NCBI GenBank assembly: GCA_008690995.1
Contig: VRMN01000005.1
Location: 186,001 to 250,000 of the forward strand
Length of the DNA stretch: 64,000 bases
Source: Porphyridium purpureum
Lineage: Eukaryota
Direction: 5' to 3'
Shown here piece by piece: positions 58,543-64,000 of this stretch; the first letter of the stretch is position 1, and each line of letters starts with the position of its first letter. The notes beneath the pieces are model-generated. The model worked only from the letters and a program-made list of their open reading frames with translations. It was not told the origin of the DNA and made no database searches. The position numbers were made by a program, and so were the translations under genes.

Positions 58543-58989
58543 TTATTCGCCGTTCCTCGTGCATGAGCTGTCTTCTTGCAAATCCGTGGGCGACGGACGT
58601 CTGATTTTGAATAGGGTCGAATCGTTTCCTCCGACAGGAAGAACCGCGTATGACCAAGACCATTCCTCTGGCTCTAGGCAGAGTCGTTTTGAAACAGTTC
58701 CCTGCATTCCAAGCACACAGACTTCGCCAAGCTCGAGCCTCCTCAGCATTTTTCGACCTTTACTGTCAAGCACCCCGAGCCGTTCAAAACTAACCGATGC
58801 GCACGGTTCTAATGTCGTTGCTTGGGCCGTATCTCTCTGCACTGTTTGTTCATCTTTCCAAGAAACTGTGACCAGGACTGAGCTTGCCGATAGCGCGTTT
58901 CGAACCTTCAGTGCACGGCCCCAAGCTGCCAGGCATGCAGAAACCCAAATCAAGCAGATCAGAACACGGAGCTTCATCCGGCGAATCAT
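58543..58989 (-). CDS. Hypothetical secreted protein (148 aa)
   Basis: ATG-initiated ORF with a signal-peptide-like leader MKLRVLICLIWVSACLAAWGRA. Fills the gap between the NIPA and USP genes. No family recognised. Confidence 0.45.
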   Translation of the reverse strand: MIRRMKLRVLICLIWVSACLAAWGRALKVRNALSASSVLVTVSWKDEQTVQRDTAQATTLEPCASVSFERLGVLDSKGRKMLRRLELGEVCVLGMQGTVSKRLCLEPEEWSWSYAVLPVGGNDSTLFKIRRPSPTDLQEDSSCTRNGE

Positions 58990-58995
58990 TTTTGG

Positions 58996-59092
58996 CTATG
59001 GGATTAACTGGCTCTCCTCTCCCAGCGAAGCTTCCGGCTCTTTGGGCGATGCAAGCACGGCGACTCCTGACGCAATTATATGACGCACGTAC

Positions 59093-59156
<64 letters not shown>

Positions 59157-60385
59157 CCAAAACACGACACGATGAACACTCGTTAACCCCCTTGCCCCGA
59201 TCGTAAAAAGCAAATCAAGAAAGCTGCCAGTACGAGGATCAAGAACCTTGAGCCACAAACGTCGAGGAAAGACTAAGCTTGCTCATCATCGTGAAAAGTG
59301 CGAAAATTCCGTGATGATCGAATGGAAACGTACCAAACAGAATCAGAGCCAGAGAGGTTATCAGCACGAACCAGGTCTGCACAGGGAGAAGCGACCACTC
59401 CTGAAAGAAAATAAGCGAGTTGGCTGTGGAAAAGAGGACAAACGTTGAGAAGCTCGCCGGTACCAAAAGACTCATGTCATAAAATCGCATGCCTTCGTTC
59501 ATGGCACCGATGTTCAGCACCGCGTACACACCCATGCTTCCGTAAATGGCGTACGTGCCACCGTAGTGAAACTGATTTTCGCTATCGAGAAGGCTAGTCT
59601 TGGCCAGCTCCACTCTTCAGACATTTGTACACGGAGAACAGAGATTCTGTGGTCAGTATCATGTGAACTCATGGGTGGAAAAATCCGGACCTGGCGAAAT
59701 GAGAGCCTTGAGTTCATCACGAAGTTGGCGTCACGTACATTAGTTTGCCGACCAGAAAACTTTGCGCGCTTAGCATGCCAGCAATAATCACGTAAATGAG
59801 GGCGAGCCTTAGGTTCGAGGCACCCTTCATGTCGTTTGCTTGCTTGAATCGCATCGCTAGAGAGGCGACGAACAAGGCCACCAAGGCAGCAAGCTGCAAT
59901 GAGGCCCAGACCATAAAGATGGAAGTGGAAGCATTAGCCTGAATGTCGGAGAGCAGGAGCTTGGGCTCAGGCACAAACCCAAAGATGGTGATCATGACGC
60001 TACCTACGGCGACGGCCATCGAGCCGGCCGCGTCGGCCGGACTGAAAGGCTCGCCCAGCAGGCTCATGCTGAACAATGCATTGAACATAATTGTATTTGC
60101 CCCGAGCGGCGCAAGCACGAGCACGGGCAGCGCGGCCATCGCGACTACAGACCCGATGGCCTGACTGAGAATAAACAGCGCGAGGCCCACCAGCCATGTG
60201 CGCGAGCGGAACACCGGCACGCGCTCGCTCTCCGGGCGGCTGGCATTCAGAATGTGCGTCTTACGCTGGAGCACCAGGCCCAGCGACTGTACGGCCGACG
60301 TCAGCACGCCCGCAGCGACCCCGATCGCGTACATGACTGTGCCGTTCCCCGTCGCATCGGTTGTCTCCGCACAGCCGCCAGGCAT
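58996..60385 (-). CDS. NIPA-family magnesium transporter, 3 exons (60385-59739, 59614-59334, 59066-58996)
   Basis: SLGLVLQRK, WLVG, VLAPLGA, LLGE, ENQF, NEGMRFYD..LLVP, LIFFQEW. Both introns have GTACGT donors and AG acceptors that restore the frame (KLI|VELAK; LFG|VAVLAS...LIP*). Confidence 0.88.
59094..59154. repeat. (CA)n microsatellite of about 30 units inside NIPA intron 2
   Basis: Read directly from the sequence. Confidence 0.97.
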
Positions 60386-60588
60386 TCACTTCACCTCCGA
60401 CCGCTTGCAACCGGAAAAAAAAAAAAAACGGGCACGAACTGAACACAAAGTACAGTTAAGTGGTACAGTGATAAGTGTACTTCCGCCGGCGGGAGGGTGC
60501 ACGAATTGAGTGCAGCTGGCTGGATGTCGCGGGATGCGCGGGAGGCACGGAGAGTGGCAGGAAGGGTGGCCGGTTGCGCAAGGGAAGG

Positions 60589-62982
60589 ATGGGTTCACCT
60601 GTGCCGGCGTTGCGACCAGTGGCTCCGCCGGACGTGAGCTCGTCGTGGCTGTCTGCGAAGAAGGCAATTCCGACGGAAATTACAGACCGGCATTACACGA
60701 TGTGGCGCGACAGTGTCGAGACGCAGTGTCCCGTCGTCGACCTGCGCTCCGTGTGCGCGCACAGGAACGTGTACGAGCTGAGCATCATGGCCAAGGAGCG
60801 CCAGGGGCTTCTCGCCGAGGTGTCAGACTGCTTGCGCAACAGCCAGCTTAGTATCCTGAGTGCGAAAATTTTCTCGCTGCCGAACGACAGTGTCATGGAC
60901 CTGTTCCGAATTTATGACGGAAGGAGTGTTCTTGAGGGGGACGACGACGCGGCCCACGTTTACGGCAAGGTGCTGGAAATTGTGAATCGTGCGTACGAAG
61001 CAAGCACGGCCACCTGCTTGGAGGAAGACAACACTAAGCCATCCGATGTTTGTGTGCCGAACGAGTTTACACCCTCGGAGAAGCCCTTATCGCCCAGACC
61101 CGCCCAGCAGCCCTCTATGCGGCAGACATCTGGCTCTTCTTGTCGAGAGGGCGTCGAAGAATCCATGCAGCATGCGGAACAAGAGCACAATTCGCAAGCG
61201 GAGGAGCGCAAGAATGTGAACCGAGATGAGAGCAAAGCAGCACCGTCGAGAGCACAAACAGCGCCTGGAAAAGTACAGACCTCAAAGGCCACATCCACTG
61301 ACGTTTTCCAGTATAGTAGCCGTCGCGCTTCGGCATCCAAGTCGCGCAAAATCCGGCGAGAGTATTCGAATCTTGCCTTGTACAACGTGGAAGCTGAGGC
61401 GCAAGACGAAGGACTGCGGCGCTCGAGGGATGCTGAGCTCGCACATTTGCGGAAAGGTGAAGTATTGTACCTGTACTCGCCTGACTCGCACCATCGGTAC
61501 TCATACACTTTCCGCATTTCGGAGAATTTGAAGAACCTCGAGTGGGACAAGGGCAAGAGCGTGGATTTTAAAAGCTGCCATGGAGTGGTATACGGCCCGA
61601 AAACGGGTACCTTTTCTGTTCTGGATGCTGCGAAGCGACCTGACGAAGATTGGCTGTGCTTTTCCCTGCTCGTGCGCAAGTCAAGAGATGCGATGACAAG
61701 CATGGATTTTGCCGCGTCAAGCGACGAGCAAGTCACGCGGTGGGTGTGCTGTCTCCAGTATCTTTGTCACAAGTGGCAACCCGAGCGCATTCCATTGCTT
61801 ACTCGCGAGAACTGTATTTTTGAGAGCGGACGTATGAAAGTGCGCCACTTGGCGAAGCACCTCGGCGAAACCGTACCGGCCATGCTTACCAGGGTGGCGA
61901 TCGAGTACTACAGGAACAAAGAATCTAAGCAAAAGGAAACACAGCGTGCGAATGCGTCGCAACTCTCTGCTGAACAGCGAAGGGAGTTATTAGCGCTCCG
62001 GAAAGAATTAAGGCATTCACTTGACCGTGAGACGATTCTGAAGAATCGATTGAAGGATACTCAAGCGGCGTGGGAGATAGACTTTGTGCGCGAAGTGGCT
62101 CTCGGTGAGCGCATCGGGAAGGGTGCGTACAGTGATATTTGGAAGGCAACCTGGCGAGCCTCTGTCGTGGCCTGCAAAGTCTTGCGTGCACAGGACACGT
62201 CAGACAAGCGTGTCCGTGAGTTCTATGAGGAAGTCAAATTGACAAGCAAGTTCAGGCATCCAAACATTGTCCTGTTTATGGCAGCGTGCCCGCGCCCGCC
62301 GCACTTTTGCATTCTGACCGAGTTCTGTTTTGGCGGAAATGTCTACTCTGCACTTCGCAGGGTGAGTTGGCGCAGACTAGATCATCGCGCGCTGGTCCGG
62401 ATTGCGCGCGACATTGCGCGCGGCTTGCTGTACTTGCACGCGTGCAACATAGTTCATCGTGACGTCAAGAGTCAGAACATCTTGCTGGACCGTCCGGTGG
62501 AAGAAGGCACACCGGTGGCCAAGATTTGCGACTTTGGATTGAGCCGCGAGCTTGTATGTGGTGCTGATGATGATCCAGACGGTGGAATTATGACCAACGA
62601 AACAGGCACGTACCGATGGATGGCGCCAGAAATGATTCGGCACGAGCGCTACAACGAAAAAGTGGACGTATACTCTTATGGAGTCACTGTTTGGGAACTT
62701 TTCACGTGCGAATTTCCGTTTGCCAACTTTTCACCAATCCAAGCTGCATTTGCTGTAGCCGATAAGGGCGCGCGTCCCGTTGCACTGACAGAGTATGGGC
62801 GTGCCAACCCAATACCGCTTGCTTGGAACGCCCTCATCAATTGGTGTTGGGCCACGCGCCCAGCCGACCGCCCGCGCTTGGACCAAGTCGTTGAAGCACT
62901 GAATCGGATGGAGTTTCAGAATCCGGACATTCTGATCCCATCTGTCATCCCCAACAACCACGTGCACCAAACTACATCGTGA
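60589..62982 (+). CDS. Raf-like/STY (TKL) kinase with ACT and PH-like domains
   Basis: ACT (ELSIMAKERQGLLAEVSDCL...LSILSAKIFS), PH-like (LRKGE...CFSLL...MDFAASSDEQVTRWVCCLQYL), coiled coil, WEID, IGKGAYS, HRDVKSQN, DFG, MTNETGTYRWMAPE. First ATG at 60589. Confidence 0.92.
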   Translation: MGSPVPALRPVAPPDVSSSWLSAKKAIPTEITDRHYTMWRDSVETQCPVVDLRSVCAHRNVYELSIMAKERQGLLAEVSDCLRNSQLSILSAKIFSLPNDSVMDLFRIYDGRSVLEGDDDAAHVYGKVLEIVNRAYEASTATCLEEDNTKPSDVCVPNEFTPSEKPLSPRPAQQPSMRQTSGSSCREGVEESMQHAEQEHNSQAEERKNVNRDESKAAPSRAQTAPGKVQTSKATSTDVFQYSSRRASASKSRKIRREYSNLALYNVEAEAQDEGLRRSRDAELAHLRKGEVLYLYSPDSHHRYSYTFRISENLKNLEWDKGKSVDFKSCHGVVYGPKTGTFSVLDAAKRPDEDWLCFSLLVRKSRDAMTSMDFAASSDEQVTRWVCCLQYLCHKWQPERIPLLTRENCIFESGRMKVRHLAKHLGETVPAMLTRVAIEYYRNKESKQKETQRANASQLSAEQRRELLALRKELRHSLDRETILKNRLKDTQAAWEIDFVREVALGERIGKGAYSDIWKATWRASVVACKVLRAQDTSDKRVREFYEEVKLTSKFRHPNIVLFMAACPRPPHFCILTEFCFGGNVYSALRRVSWRRLDHRALVRIARDIARGLLYLHACNIVHRDVKSQNILLDRPVEEGTPVAKICDFGLSRELVCGADDDPDGGIMTNETGTYRWMAPEMIRHERYNEKVDVYSYGVTVWELFTCEFPFANFSPIQAAFAVADKGARPVALTEYGRANPIPLAWNALINWCWATRPADRPRLDQVVEALNRMEFQNPDILIPSVIPNNHVHQTTS

Positions 62983-63229
62983 AAAACACTGCGAGCACGA
63001 CATCCGTATAAGATGGAGTCGTGAGACACGTTCTGTCTGATGTGCAGGGCATTTGCGAGCAGAGCAAAAACGAAGAAGTGGTGGAAAGTGAAAGGATGCT
63101 CGCTCGCTTTGTGAAGGAGATATCCATGATTTATTGATTTGATTGACACTGTCATGAGTTTGCGCCGACTGCCGTTGGCTCCAAAGCAAGTCGCGGGATT
63201 TCAAAGCTCAATCAGGGTCTGCCATCATG

Positions 63230-64000
63230 CTAGCGGGAGTCTTGCCCAGGTGAGGCTTTTGATTGCTGGGTCAACTCAAAGCAACGAGCCCGAAGGCCTC
63301 GCTCGCTCTCACTTTCATCATGCAGCCAGTGTCGAGCGCAGAACTCGACCAACTTTAACGATCCGATCATCGCCAGATCCGTCTTTCTGGGCGTCAGGAT
63401 GCGAAGCGCGTCTTCAAGGAAACTCGTCAGCTCTTCATGCGTGAAAGGACAGAGATGTCGGCCGCCGTCGTTGCCCAGCTTAGACAGGGCAAGAAGAAGC
63501 TCGCTTTTTGAAGCAGGCAAGGAAATCAGTCTTCCAGAGCAGAAAGCTGTGCCCGCTTCGACCCACATTCGTCGTATTGCACACCGTAAAACAAGGTGGT
63601 CACTTATCCACTCGATCTCAAGCTTTGCGTGCAAACAGACTTGTGCAACTGCGAGGAGTGCACGGCTTGCAGGCTCAGATAGAGATTGATTCAGTGAGCA
63701 TACAAGCGCAGCGAACGCGTTGATGCAGAGAGCAACAGATTCAAATTCATGGCCTGCCCTCGGATCCGGTTGGTCAGGAAGCTCAAGCACGCTGCCCAGA
63801 TATGTACAAGTCACACTGGCAGCGCGCTCGTCCAGCTCCGCCAAAACGCTGAGCCGCGATGCCAGTGCCGCATAACTGGCCCAATGTTTTGCAACCAGTG
63901 AAGCACACACGCTTGACAGCTGGTTCACATTCCGTGCGCTGAAGCCGAGCTGCTTCCAAGCCTGACACGCGTGGACGACGCCGGACACCAAGGTAGCGAT
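63230..64000 (-). CDS. C-terminal part of an unidentified helical protein; start lies outside the window
   Basis: Open frame of more than 250 codons reaching the window edge, Leu/Ala-rich, convergent with the kinase gene. Confidence 0.6.
   Translation of the reverse strand: MATLVSGVVHACQAWKQLGFSARNVNQLSSVCASLVAKHWASYAALASRLSVLAELDERAASVTCTYLGSVLELPDQPDPRAGHEFESVALCINAFAALVCSLNQSLSEPASRALLAVAQVCLHAKLEIEWISDHLVLRCAIRRMWVEAGTAFCSGRLISLPASKSELLLALSKLGNDGGRHLCPFTHEELTSFLEDALRILTPRKTDLAMIGSLKLVEFCARHWLHDESESERGLRARCFELTQQSKASPGQDSR

Overview
Gene-dense, nearly intron-free eukaryotic nuclear DNA. It is most likely from a unicellular red alga of the Porphyridium type (inference from long intronless ORFs, an 'MAF' plastid transit peptide and a bacterial-type topoisomerase IA). 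Housekeeping genes: eIF3b (runs off the left edge), a CAMK-like kinase, a 4168-aa bridge-like lipid transfer protein (BLTP1/Csf1-like), an ankyrin protein, organellar TopA, a CELF-like RRM protein, UBC4/5-type E2, RNF5/RMA1-type E3, plastid TrpC, a sulfotransferase, a USP protein, a three-exon NIPA Mg transporter and an ACT-PH-TKL kinase. Two accessory zones (about 17.9-36.3 kb and 48.7-57.3 kb) hold transposon debris: a MULE with recognisable TIRs, several Tc3-like Tc1/mariner relics, a fold-back MITE family, Ty3-like, pogo-like and Ginger-like relics. The most interesting observations are: (1) a near-identical, still open copy of the 3' part of the BLTP1 gene that has gained its own ATG; (2) a tandem pair of modular secreted proteins, one intact and one pseudogene, with Pro-Thr, His-Gly, Cys-rich and Ser-Gly-Lys modules; (3) a signal-peptide ORF starting 6 nt after the NIPA stop codon, possibly bicistronic; (4) a sulfotransferase bracketed by opposed Tc3-like relics. 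All family calls are by-eye motif recognition; no searches were run.
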